From Gemmatimonadaceae bacterium (GTDB taxonomy: Bacteria; Gemmatimonadota; Gemmatimonadetes; Gemmatimonadales; Gemmatimonadaceae): a stretch of 64,000 nt of DNA. Made by a program: the position numbers and the translations under genes. Numbering within the stretch: position 1 is the first letter of the stretch; each line of letters begins with the position of its first letter. Of the stretch, positions 39,336-48,073 are shown piece by piece. The notes below the pieces were generated by a model, which saw only the letters and a list, made by a program, of their open reading frames with translations, had not been told where the DNA came from and did not search any database. Location: NCBI GenBank assembly GCA_051859245.1, contig JBHYGA010000004.1, positions 448,001 through 512,000 on the forward strand, in the 5' to 3' direction.

Positions 39336-39964
39336 TCACTTTCTGGCCACCGATTCAGAAGCACGAATCTCACTTTCGATCAGTTTTCGCAGCACTTCAA
39401 GCGAAGGAGCACCCTCCACTCTCCATTCATTGACCAACACGTTCGGTGTTCCGGCGACGCCTAGTCGAGCTGCAGCGACAGAGTCCTTCTTGATACGCGC
39501 TTCTGCCGTCGCTCTCGAATCAATGCACAAGGTGAACTTGTCGAGATCGGGCACTCCCACTTGTTCTGCCAGTTCTTGCCACTCTATTTTGCCAATTGAG
39601 TCCTGAGCAGAAAACAGTCGGTCATGGTAGGCTTCAAATTTCCCTTGCTCATTGGCGCACTCTGATGCGATTGCCGCACTACGTGCATGCGGATGAATTG
39701 CGTCAATTGGCACGTGCCGATATTGTATGCGCAGCTTTCCGGGATACTCAGCCATCATCTCTCGGAAAACTCCACGACAGTAACGAGGCCGTCCGCACTA
39801 CCGATCGGACTCCCCAACTCGGCGTACTGCTCCCAGTCTCTTACTCTCTTCGGCTCAAGAGCCTTACTCGGATCAGGTTTTCTGACAGCCACAACGACAA
39901 GAACTACCGCGCACGCTGTAAGGATCACGGTCGTGACCGCCTCGAAGACAGCACGTAGTTGCAC
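39336..39964 (-). pseudogene. DsbA-family oxidoreductase with deleted CxxC segment and frameshift
   Basis: 5' part (RBS AGGAG, TM anchor, VTVVEFS) joins directly out of frame to MAEYPGKLRIQYRHVP...GVAGTP. No CxxC in either frame. Confidence 0.8.
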
Positions 39965-40062
39965 GCTACACTCCTGCCACAGGTGATTTAGGCTTGGGAG
40001 GTCAGCATATGCGCATCGACAAGAGTTGCGTGTATCCCCATCGGACATAGTTGCTGAAAAGT

Positions 40063-40308
40063 CTACACCCAGATCATCGTGTCAAAGCCAACGGGACAAC
40101 TCCCGTCTGCTGACACCGAAACGGTATCTGATGCCGAGACGGTAACTCCTACCGGGGCGCATACTACTGATCGTGCTGGCTCACGAGCGCTCCCAGGTTC
40201 TGCGGCAGTAGCACCGCATCCAAGGCAAAGCAGCAATGTTGAAATGCAGACTCCCTGCACCAACCGACGAGATTTCGATTTCTGAACTGAGTTGCGAACT
40301 GGACGCAT
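40063..40308 (-). CDS. Small Cys-containing putative lipoprotein
   Basis: AAGGAG RBS, basic N-terminus, LLLCLGC lipobox-like, two further Cys (VVC...SCPVGFD). Confidence 0.6.
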   Translation of the reverse strand: MRPVRNSVQKSKSRRLVQGVCISTLLLCLGCGATAAEPGSAREPARSVVCAPVGVTVSASDTVSVSADGSCPVGFDTMIWV

Positions 40309-40444
40309 GTGTCACTCCTTGTTTGAGGTGGAGTGACATGCATGTCGCGGAAAAAGGCGACAGGAGATATCCTGATCGGCCAGAGTCTATCCCAAGCGGA
40401 CAACATTTTTCTCGTCCAGATCAAACGACGTCAACCTTCCGAAA

Positions 40445-41746
40445 ATGAACCAGCAGACTTCGTCGCGTGGACTGATGATGGGTGATATCTCGAGTCAACT
40501 ATTACGGTCTGCTCCACTTGGGAATGACGGCTCGCTTGCGGCGCTGCTTGTGGCGGTGTCGCTGATACAACAATCCCCGCGTCTCGACCCGCTTCCGCGT
40601 AACGTATTAGAACGGGTGAAGCCAGAGATTGAAGCGTTACCGCCGCAGCACGCCGCGAAATTCGCGGTGCATCCTGCCACGAACTGGCTTAGACTCGTGT
40701 CATTAGCTGACTCGCTCGGTGCCTTCGACATTGCACGCGTGCTGTTGGATGAGATTGAGCGCTTGCTCGACGCGGCGCTGGTGGAGACGAAACGCACCGG
40801 GCGGACAATCGGGGGCGATCCGCATGCGACACAAAATCTGCGCGCGATTGTGTTGGCTCGACGAGGACGTCTTTCCAGACAAAGTGGTGATGTCGAATCT
40901 GCCGCCGCTTGGTACCAGTCGGGCTTGCTTTGTACGCGCGGTCTCCCCACTGACGAAGGTTGGGCGACATGCACATTGGGCCTGGCAACCTGTGCGCAGG
41001 CCGCCGGGAATTTTCCTGAGACGATCCGATTGTGTCGAGCGGTGCTCCGTAAGGGATCTGCGATTGCTACGCATAGTCTCTTCGGCGCGCATCTCACGCT
41101 GGCCGTCTGCTATCGCCGTCAGCGTAAGCTCAATCTTGCACTACGACACGCCTGGAAAGCATTCGATCTGGCGGACGAGCCCGACGACCGTCGATGGCAG
41201 TGTTTAGTCAATGTAGCTGAGATTGCTCTGCAACTTGGTTACGCTGCAGCCGCGCGTTCGGGATTCCTCGCGCTGCTCTCACATCCTCAACCTGAGCGCA
41301 ACCGCGTTCCCGCGCACGTTGGACTTCTCTCGTGCGAACTATTGCTTTGGGAAAATAGTTCTCGACTTGATGACAGTGTAGTCCGAGCTCGAATCGAAGC
41401 AGTATTTCTGGATGCAAGAACATGCCTGCAGCCTTACGAGCGAATTAAAGCGCTGCTTGCAGCGCTTGAGGCGGCTGTAAGCATTGAATGGACCGCGCAG
41501 GTCTTGCGACTAGACTCTCTCGTGCAACGAGAACTTTCCGAAGCCGCACGGAATGGTTCACGATTTCATGAGTTTCAGTTCAGGCACGATGAGCTTCGAG
41601 CATGTTTGTCAGTTCTTCCTACGGCGACAGCAGCGCCGAGTGCCACTCAATCACGACGTCATTCAGAGAGCGGGAATCTCCACACGAAGCAGATCGTTTC
41701 GCGATTGACCTCGTTGATGCCGCTGGGTGCAGATGACTCCGAGTAG
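40445..41746 (+). CDS. TPR-repeat protein
   Basis: Consecutive helical repeats (GDVESAAAWY, GNFPETIRLC, LALRHAWKAF, GYAAAARSGF). Confidence 0.7.
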   Translation: MNQQTSSRGLMMGDISSQLLRSAPLGNDGSLAALLVAVSLIQQSPRLDPLPRNVLERVKPEIEALPPQHAAKFAVHPATNWLRLVSLADSLGAFDIARVLLDEIERLLDAALVETKRTGRTIGGDPHATQNLRAIVLARRGRLSRQSGDVESAAAWYQSGLLCTRGLPTDEGWATCTLGLATCAQAAGNFPETIRLCRAVLRKGSAIATHSLFGAHLTLAVCYRRQRKLNLALRHAWKAFDLADEPDDRRWQCLVNVAEIALQLGYAAAARSGFLALLSHPQPERNRVPAHVGLLSCELLLWENSSRLDDSVVRARIEAVFLDARTCLQPYERIKALLAALEAAVSIEWTAQVLRLDSLVQRELSEAARNGSRFHEFQFRHDELRACLSVLPTATAAPSATQSRRHSESGNLHTKQIVSRLTSLMPLGADDSE

Positions 41747-41762
41747 AAAGCATGTCGCTCGA

Positions 41763-42653
41763 ATGCGCAGCAGAGTAGGCGGCACAACAATTTTGGGTTT
41801 AGGTCTGCCAGAGAGCGTTCAGCGGGAAATCGAGAGTTCGACTCCACACGAAGTGCATGTCAGAATAGCGGGCAGCATTCAGGAGCTCGTTTTCTTGGCG
41901 GCCAATACTCCCGCCCCTGTCTTGCTTTATGCGATTCCAGATCCCATGGATCAGCGAGGACTAGTCACGCCACAAAACGCAGACGACATTCACGCGGCGC
42001 TTCGCGGGCCTCTTCGCAAGTTTCCGGCGGTCGCGGCGTGCTACATAACGAGCCCATTAAGCAATGCGGCGCAGTTTCGTGGGCTCGAGCACGTGCAATT
42101 GGTGGTGATGCATCCATCGGGCGCAGTCGACCCGCTTTGGCGCGCACTACAGAAAGCACTTCTCTCAAGCATCGCAAGCGAACTCCTTGACTCAGTTCGC
42201 GGCGTGAGATCCGCTCTTATTCGACGCGTGATGGCGTGCACACTGAGTCGCGTTGATGAGGACCTGGACATACCAAAAATCGCGCGCATTTTGTTCATGC
42301 ACGAACGAACGTTGCGTCGTCGACTTCGCGCCGAAGCCTCGGATGTCACTGCGAGAGAACTCGTTGTGTGGTCGCGGTTGCTCTTTGCGGCCTGGCACCT
42401 GCGCCAAGAACGGTGGTCAATTCTCGACGTCGCGAACGCGCTCGATTTTTCGGCAGCGTCCAATCTTCACCGCCAAATGCGCAGGTACACGGGATTTACA
42501 CTAAGAGCACTAAGATCGTCGGATCCCGTCGCGAAGGTCGCGAGTTCGTTCGTAGCTGCAGTAAATGATCGCTGCAACAACGGCCATCAAGAGGGACTGG
42601 GAGATTCCGCCCTACTCAGTGGACCCACTTCCTCACGGTATTCAACTATCTGA
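41763..42653 (+). CDS. AraC-type HTH regulator
   Basis: IARILFMHERTLRRRL and SILDVANALDFSAASNLHRQMRRYTG. Confidence 0.8.
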   Translation: MRSRVGGTTILGLGLPESVQREIESSTPHEVHVRIAGSIQELVFLAANTPAPVLLYAIPDPMDQRGLVTPQNADDIHAALRGPLRKFPAVAACYITSPLSNAAQFRGLEHVQLVVMHPSGAVDPLWRALQKALLSSIASELLDSVRGVRSALIRRVMACTLSRVDEDLDIPKIARILFMHERTLRRRLRAEASDVTARELVVWSRLLFAAWHLRQERWSILDVANALDFSAASNLHRQMRRYTGFTLRALRSSDPVAKVASSFVAAVNDRCNNGHQEGLGDSALLSGPTSSRYSTI

Positions 42654-42746
42654 TTGCGCTGTCGAGACCTCGGTCAACAAGCTGTGACTGTGAATGACCG
42701 GCATCGGTGTTCACCAGGCTGTCTGTTCCAGAGGCAAGGGCACCGC

Positions 42747-43199
42747 CTAGTGCAACACCCGCGCAAACCGTGGCCGGTCGTCCATGAGCGACTCGCCGAG
42801 CACCACCGCGTGCCCCGTGGCGCTCACCAGCGACGTGGGACGGCCGCGGTGGTCTTCCGTGGCGGGATCCACCAGCTCGACCACAATCACCCCGCGCCCG
42901 CTGAGCTCCTGCGCGAGCACCGAGATCGCCGCACCGCGGCGCACCCGCACCACCACCGGGGTGAACTGTTCAATCACCCGCATCGGTGTGGCGGAATCGG
43001 ACGTGGCAATCGCGACACGCACCATGGTGTTGCGCTTGAACTCCCTCGGCGAGACGTGCACTTCCACGGAGTCGTTCAACGACTCGGCCACCAGGGCGCG
43101 CGGCGTGGTGTGCGTTTCCTGATGCGCCGGCGTGCTGCGTGCTGATGACAACAACAGTGCACTGCCTGCGGCCAGGGCCACCATCAGTTGATGCGTCAC
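42747..43199 (-). CDS. Secreted hypothetical protein, copy 2 (right direct repeat)
   Basis: Same length and near-identical to 36845-37297. Confidence 0.8.
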   Translation of the reverse strand: MTHQLMVALAAGSALLLSSARSTPAHQETHTTPRALVAESLNDSVEVHVSPREFKRNTMVRVAIATSDSATPMRVIEQFTPVVVRVRRGAAISVLAQELSGRGVIVVELVDPATEDHRGRPTSLVSATGHAVVLGESLMDDRPRFARVLH

Positions 43200-43430
43200 A
43201 ACAACTCCCGCGCTCAAGGGTAGAGAACGAACTGTCGCAAAATGCGAATCGGACCACTCACACAAGACGTGATGTTTCCTACGGTAGCGCCACAACACGG
43301 GTTTCCGCGAATGGGAGCAACTTTGCACTCACATGATTGACGACCCACGTTGTGGCATCCATGCTTTACACACGCGCGTGCGCGCGTGGCGAGCCCATCC
43401 ATTGCCGCGCACAGTACTCCACTCCGTAAA

Positions 43431-44384
43431 ATGACCGTCACTGCACACGACGCACCAAGCGAACAGCAACGCAACACACGCGCTCCACGCAGCGCGTGGC
43501 GTCGTGCGCAGCTGTACATGCGGGTGGTGTTGATCATGTGCATTGTCACCGCACCGGCGCTCATCACGCGACGCGATAACGGCGAGTGGCAGAAGCTCAC
43601 ACGGAATTCCGTACGCGGCGACGCTACACTGTCAAACGCATCACCGCTCCGTGCGGGTGATCTGCAGGTGCGCACTGCGCTCTATCTCGCCGCGCGTTCA
43701 CCGCACATGGATGAACTGTTGCCGGAAGGCGATGGTGGCACCGTGTTCGTTGATTCGCTTCCCGAATTGGGCGGACGCGCCTTTGTACGACGTGCGTCAA
43801 TCGTGATTGCGATGAATCACAGCTGGCAGCGCGGCATCGAATCCACGGAGATGCATGAGCGCGCACACTTGCTGCACGATCACGTTGGTGAACTGGCGGC
43901 GCGAATCATGGCTGCACTGCCGTCGCCACGCGCCGATGAATACGCCGCCACCAACAGCGGGGAACACTTCGCCGAAATGGCGAGCAGTGCGTGGGACCTG
44001 TTGCACGAGGGACGCGAAGAGCGCGTGGGCAAAACACCGCGCGAACGGCTGAACGCTCTTGAAGCGCGCGTGCCCGGCACCTCGGGATTTGTGCTCTACT
44101 ATCTGCGTCATCCCGCGTTCGCTCGGCAGTTCGATGCCGCATCGCTGCGCGCGGGCGCAGAAGCAAACATTTTGCCGCTGCGAAACGAGTGGGAAGGCAT
44201 CTGGGCGGAACTCGACGCGCGCAAACTGCCAGACGGCACGTTACAACGATGGCCCGTGCCTCGCATGAGTGAATGGGTTGGTCGACAGCAGACGATGCTG
44301 CGCTCACAAGGTGGTCCACTCAATCACGCCATCGCGATCAGCTTCTGGCCGAGTGCGGTGGTGTTGAAACTGCTGGGTAACTGA
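43431..44384 (+). CDS. Membrane-anchored zinc metallopeptidase (ATLF/MtfA-like)
   Basis: TM helix, HERAH zinc motif, EYAATNSGEHFAE. Confidence 0.65.
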   Translation: MTVTAHDAPSEQQRNTRAPRSAWRRAQLYMRVVLIMCIVTAPALITRRDNGEWQKLTRNSVRGDATLSNASPLRAGDLQVRTALYLAARSPHMDELLPEGDGGTVFVDSLPELGGRAFVRRASIVIAMNHSWQRGIESTEMHERAHLLHDHVGELAARIMAALPSPRADEYAATNSGEHFAEMASSAWDLLHEGREERVGKTPRERLNALEARVPGTSGFVLYYLRHPAFARQFDAASLRAGAEANILPLRNEWEGIWAELDARKLPDGTLQRWPVPRMSEWVGRQQTMLRSQGGPLNHAIAISFWPSAVVLKLLGN

Positions 44385-44392
44385 GGTGTGAT

Positions 44393-45904
44393 GTGAAAGG
44401 CTTCCAGTTGTTCGGCGCGTTGCTGCTCGCGATGTTGCCGGTGGTCGCGAGCGCACAAACCGTGAGCGGCACACTCGTGCGAACCGACGGCAGTGCCGCG
44501 TTCGGCATTCAGATTGTTGCGGTGGAGTCGAGTTCGCAGCGTGTCGTCAGTCGCACGATCACGGGTAGTTCGGGGCGGTTTCGCCTGAGTGTCTCGCCCT
44601 CGCCAGTGATATTGCGCGCCGTTCGTATTGGGCATCTGCCAGTAGAGCTCGCACGACTGCAGCTGCAAGACAGCGAACAGCGTGCCGTGCGTCTTGTGCT
44701 CACCGACAATCCTATTCCACTGCGGCAGTTTGTGACCAGCGTTTCGCGCCGCTGCGAGCAGAGCAACAGAGCCGCGCCCGAACTGGTTGAACTGTTTTCC
44801 GATGTGCGCACCGCGCTCACCGCGGTGCGCCTGTCGTCAGTGGACAGTGCGCCGTACGGGCAGGTTGCGCTCATACAGGAACTGCAGGACAGGCGCGGCG
44901 TACCGCTCGCCGAACCGTTTGTGCAACTGCTCACTGGCCCGAGCAAGCGACCGTTTCAGGCGATATCGGCACAACGGTTGCGCGCGGAAGGCTACCTCGT
45001 GCAGGAACGCGATAGTGTTGTGTACCACGTGCCCGACACCGATGTGCTGGCGTCTGATGAGTTTCTTGAAGATCACTGCTTTTCGCTGGTGCCCGGACCG
45101 GACGCACATCCGGAATGGATCGGCATTCGGTTTGCACCATCAAAGCCGGTGCGCGGAAAGGCCGGTATCAGAGGCACGTTCTGGGTGGAGCGCGAATCGC
45201 GTCTGCTGCAACAGCTCGACTTTCTGTACGATGGACTGCCGCGTGCGTTTGACACGTACGCGCTGGGCGGAAGTGTCGAGTTTTCGGTGTTGCCTGACGG
45301 TACGTGGTTTGAAAAGAAGTGGCACACGCGCATGGCGCGCACGACGGCGCGCTTGCGACCGGGCAGTCGATTTGCCGTGAGCGAGGTCTATGTAGACGGT
45401 TTGCAACGCGTTGGCGGCGAGGTGCTCACGCTGTCACGTGGCGAGCAGGTGCTGTACGTGGGCAATGAGCGACTCGCCGAGATGCTGGCCACACAGGCGT
45501 CAGCAGATGCTGACCCGCAGGCGGTGCATTATCTCAACGACGCCGAGATGTTCGCGTCTGTGTGTTCGGAGTACGTGAACAGCACACCACGAACGTCGCT
45601 CATTTCGGGCACGGTATTCGACGGACGCCGCGAGCGCGTGGTGGGCGCGACGGTGCACGCCGTATGGAGCACGTGGCGACGGGTTGTGAACGACGTGGAG
45701 CAGTGGACCGATCACACGCTCGATGTCCGTTCCGGGACCAATGGTTTCTACCGCCTCTGTGGGGCGCACCGCGATGTGAAGATGTCGCTGTGGGCCGCCG
45801 TGGACCTCCGGGAGTCGGCCACGGTACAACTCAGGATTCCTGTGAACGTGGATCGGGTGCGCGTAGACTTGACGGTTCCAGACGGCCCGGAGGGTAGGAA
45901 CTGA
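44393..45904 (+). CDS. Carboxypeptidase-regulatory-like domain protein
   Basis: QTVSGTL, GRFRL, RIGH, PD.DVL.SDEFL..HCF, GFYRLCG. Paralog of 52105-53574. Confidence 0.75.
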   Translation: MKGFQLFGALLLAMLPVVASAQTVSGTLVRTDGSAAFGIQIVAVESSSQRVVSRTITGSSGRFRLSVSPSPVILRAVRIGHLPVELARLQLQDSEQRAVRLVLTDNPIPLRQFVTSVSRRCEQSNRAAPELVELFSDVRTALTAVRLSSVDSAPYGQVALIQELQDRRGVPLAEPFVQLLTGPSKRPFQAISAQRLRAEGYLVQERDSVVYHVPDTDVLASDEFLEDHCFSLVPGPDAHPEWIGIRFAPSKPVRGKAGIRGTFWVERESRLLQQLDFLYDGLPRAFDTYALGGSVEFSVLPDGTWFEKKWHTRMARTTARLRPGSRFAVSEVYVDGLQRVGGEVLTLSRGEQVLYVGNERLAEMLATQASADADPQAVHYLNDAEMFASVCSEYVNSTPRTSLISGTVFDGRRERVVGATVHAVWSTWRRVVNDVEQWTDHTLDVRSGTNGFYRLCGAHRDVKMSLWAAVDLRESATVQLRIPVNVDRVRVDLTVPDGPEGRN

Positions 45905-46434
45905 TGCGAATGGCAACACTCTCGGCGGCGTTCGTGGCGTTGGCATACACCGCGTTGCCGGCGCAGTCAGCTGGGGCGCAACAGGTGGGCAACACGGAAA
46001 CGATCTGTGCCCTCAAAAGCGGCCCAAGGGCCGGCGAGCGCATGCGGCTTCGCGGCAGCTCGGCGTCGCTGCCAATCGGATCGCCGTGCGGCGACGGTGA
46101 AGGTAGCACCGGCGTGGTGGTGGCCAAGGATGCCATTTCCGATGGGCCGGGCTCGAACGCAACCCGAACCGTGCATCGCACGTGTCTGATTGACTACGGG
46201 CCGCGCGCTGGGCAGCGCGTGAGCGGTGTCACGCCGGCACGATTGGGCGCACCGTGCCGCCTTCGCGACGGCAGCACCGGCGTCATCGTGGAAGACCCGC
46301 CCCGACCAACCAGAGAAAACCCGCCGCTCGGCGGCATTCCGGTTACCCCGGGACGCCCGAACCCGCAGGTACGTCCTCCGGCCAATGCTCCCCGTACAAC
46401 TCCGGTCCGCATGAGCCACAAATGCTGTGGCTGA
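45904..46434 (+). CDS. Secreted protein with two Cys-bridged GPRAG repeats and Pro-rich tail
   Basis: Signal peptide, 2x C-x4-GPRAG...G.PC...GSTGV.V. Confidence 0.7.
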   Translation: MRMATLSAAFVALAYTALPAQSAGAQQVGNTETICALKSGPRAGERMRLRGSSASLPIGSPCGDGEGSTGVVVAKDAISDGPGSNATRTVHRTCLIDYGPRAGQRVSGVTPARLGAPCRLRDGSTGVIVEDPPRPTRENPPLGGIPVTPGRPNPQVRPPANAPRTTPVRMSHKCCG

Positions 46435-47998
46435 AGCTCGCTTCTGAGCGACTGCCAATGTACGTCTCCACGGCTTCCCAGTAGCCCTGATCGTCTCGCA
46501 CTTTTTTGCAGTGCGCGCAAATCGGAATAAGACCGGTCAGCGTGCGTACTTCGGACAGTGCGTTGCGCAACTCGCCGTTGGCTGATTCAAGCTCGCGGTT
46601 CGTGCGCGCGAGCAACGCTTCGCGCTCTCGTCCTTTGCGGTTGTAGTGCGCCAGCATGCCGAGCACGGCAACGGCGGAAATGAGCGACACAGCGCCCAGC
46701 GCTACCACGAGTCGACCGCGCGCAATCACAGCCGACTGCACACGCTGCTCCGCTCGCAACCGCGCATTTTCCTTCTGTTCACGTTCCGTTTCGGCCCGTG
46801 CCTCGGTGGCGGCAATGCGCTGCGCGGTGGATTGATCAAAGATCGTATCACGCAACGCCTGATTCGCGCGCAAGTGCATGAGCGCGGCCTTGGAGTTGCC
46901 GGCACGTTCTTCGAGATCGGCCAGGCGTGCGAGTGCATCAATCGTGAGGACACGTTGCGCCACGCTGCGCGAGAAGGCCACGGATTTTGTGAGTGCATCA
47001 ATACCGCGGTCACGATCGCCGAGCACACCGTAGGCTTCGCCGAGGTACAGCAGTGAACGGGCCTGACCACGTACGCTGCCGCGATCGGCGGCCACGCGAT
47101 ACACCGATTCGAGCAACGGCAGGGCCTGCGCGGCGCGTCCGTTTCGCACGTACAACAAGCCTTGCGACACGGTATTGAGTGACCACGCACTCGTGGAGTC
47201 AGTGCGCGTCATGATCGAGTCGGCACTGTTGTACGTGGCGATCGACTGATCGATGTACTGCTGTGCGGTGTTAAAGTCGCCCATGTCAATGTGCAACATG
47301 GCGAGGGCGTTCAACGCATAACCTTCCGCGATCGGCTGCTTGTGTTCGCGCGCCGCGTCGACGGCTTGTTTGAGCAGCGGCTTGGCGCGTTCAAACTGAT
47401 GCCAGTCGTGATAGGTCTTGCCAATGTTTGTGAGCACGACCGAGACGCCCGTCTGCCCCGCTTCCTCTCGCCGAAGCGTCAGCGCTTGCATGAACGCATC
47501 AATTGCCGGTTCGTAGTACCCAAGTTGGTAGTACGACGAACCGAGACTGTTGAGCACGCGTGCGAGTCGCTCCACATCGCCGATGGCTTTGCTGGCATCG
47601 CGCGCGTGTCCAAGATGCGTGAGTGCGCTGTCGTAGCGATTGGCCATCCAGTGCAGCAAGCCGAGATTGTTGTGCGCCGCGCTCATGGTCGGCAAATCCT
47701 GAGCCCGATCAGCGAACTGAATGGCGCGACGGTAGTTCTCCAGCGACTCGTTCACGAGGCCCGCGTCTTCCTGCATTTCGGCGAGCGCGCGGTACGCCTG
47801 CCCGAGCGGCTTCGCGTTGCCGCCGCCGATGAGCGAATCGATAGTGTGCGAAAGTGCGCGCACGGCCGCCGAATCGATGGGCTTTTGTGCATGCGTGACG
47901 GTGGCGTTCGCGAACATGGCGAAGGCGAGCGCGAGCAAGCAGCGGCTGATCACGTGGCGGGGCAAATGCAGGGAAGGAAGCACAGATGAGGTCGACAT
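46343..47998 (-). CDS. TPR-TM-coiled-coil protein with C-terminal Cys/His zinc-binding-like domain
   Basis: Signal peptide, TPRs (NNLG, NSLG, TNIG), TM, LIPICAHCKKVRDDQGYW...FSHSICGSC. Confidence 0.8.
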   Translation of the reverse strand: MSTSSVLPSLHLPRHVISRCLLALAFAMFANATVTHAQKPIDSAAVRALSHTIDSLIGGGNAKPLGQAYRALAEMQEDAGLVNESLENYRRAIQFADRAQDLPTMSAAHNNLGLLHWMANRYDSALTHLGHARDASKAIGDVERLARVLNSLGSSYYQLGYYEPAIDAFMQALTLRREEAGQTGVSVVLTNIGKTYHDWHQFERAKPLLKQAVDAAREHKQPIAEGYALNALAMLHIDMGDFNTAQQYIDQSIATYNSADSIMTRTDSTSAWSLNTVSQGLLYVRNGRAAQALPLLESVYRVAADRGSVRGQARSLLYLGEAYGVLGDRDRGIDALTKSVAFSRSVAQRVLTIDALARLADLEERAGNSKAALMHLRANQALRDTIFDQSTAQRIAATEARAETEREQKENARLRAEQRVQSAVIARGRLVVALGAVSLISAVAVLGMLAHYNRKGREREALLARTNRELESANGELRNALSEVRTLTGLIPICAHCKKVRDDQGYWEAVETYIGSRSEASFSHSICGSCGPELYGEHWPEDVPAGSGVPG

Positions 47999-48073
47999 GG
48001 GAGCGACAAGCTAACCAGAGTATCGGCAGCTCGGTGTATTGCTACAGGTCCTTTGGCAGTGCAGGCTTAGCGT

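Larger units (their letters stand above)
37308..42746. mobile_element. Horizontally acquired cassette between duplicated genes (no integrase)
   Basis: Visibly more A/T-rich codon usage than flanks, bounded by ~460-bp imperfect direct repeats. Confidence 0.6.

Noticed and set aside
36845..43209. Composite transposon or IS pair
   Set aside because: The repeats encode a signal-peptide protein with no transposase motifs or terminal inverted repeats.
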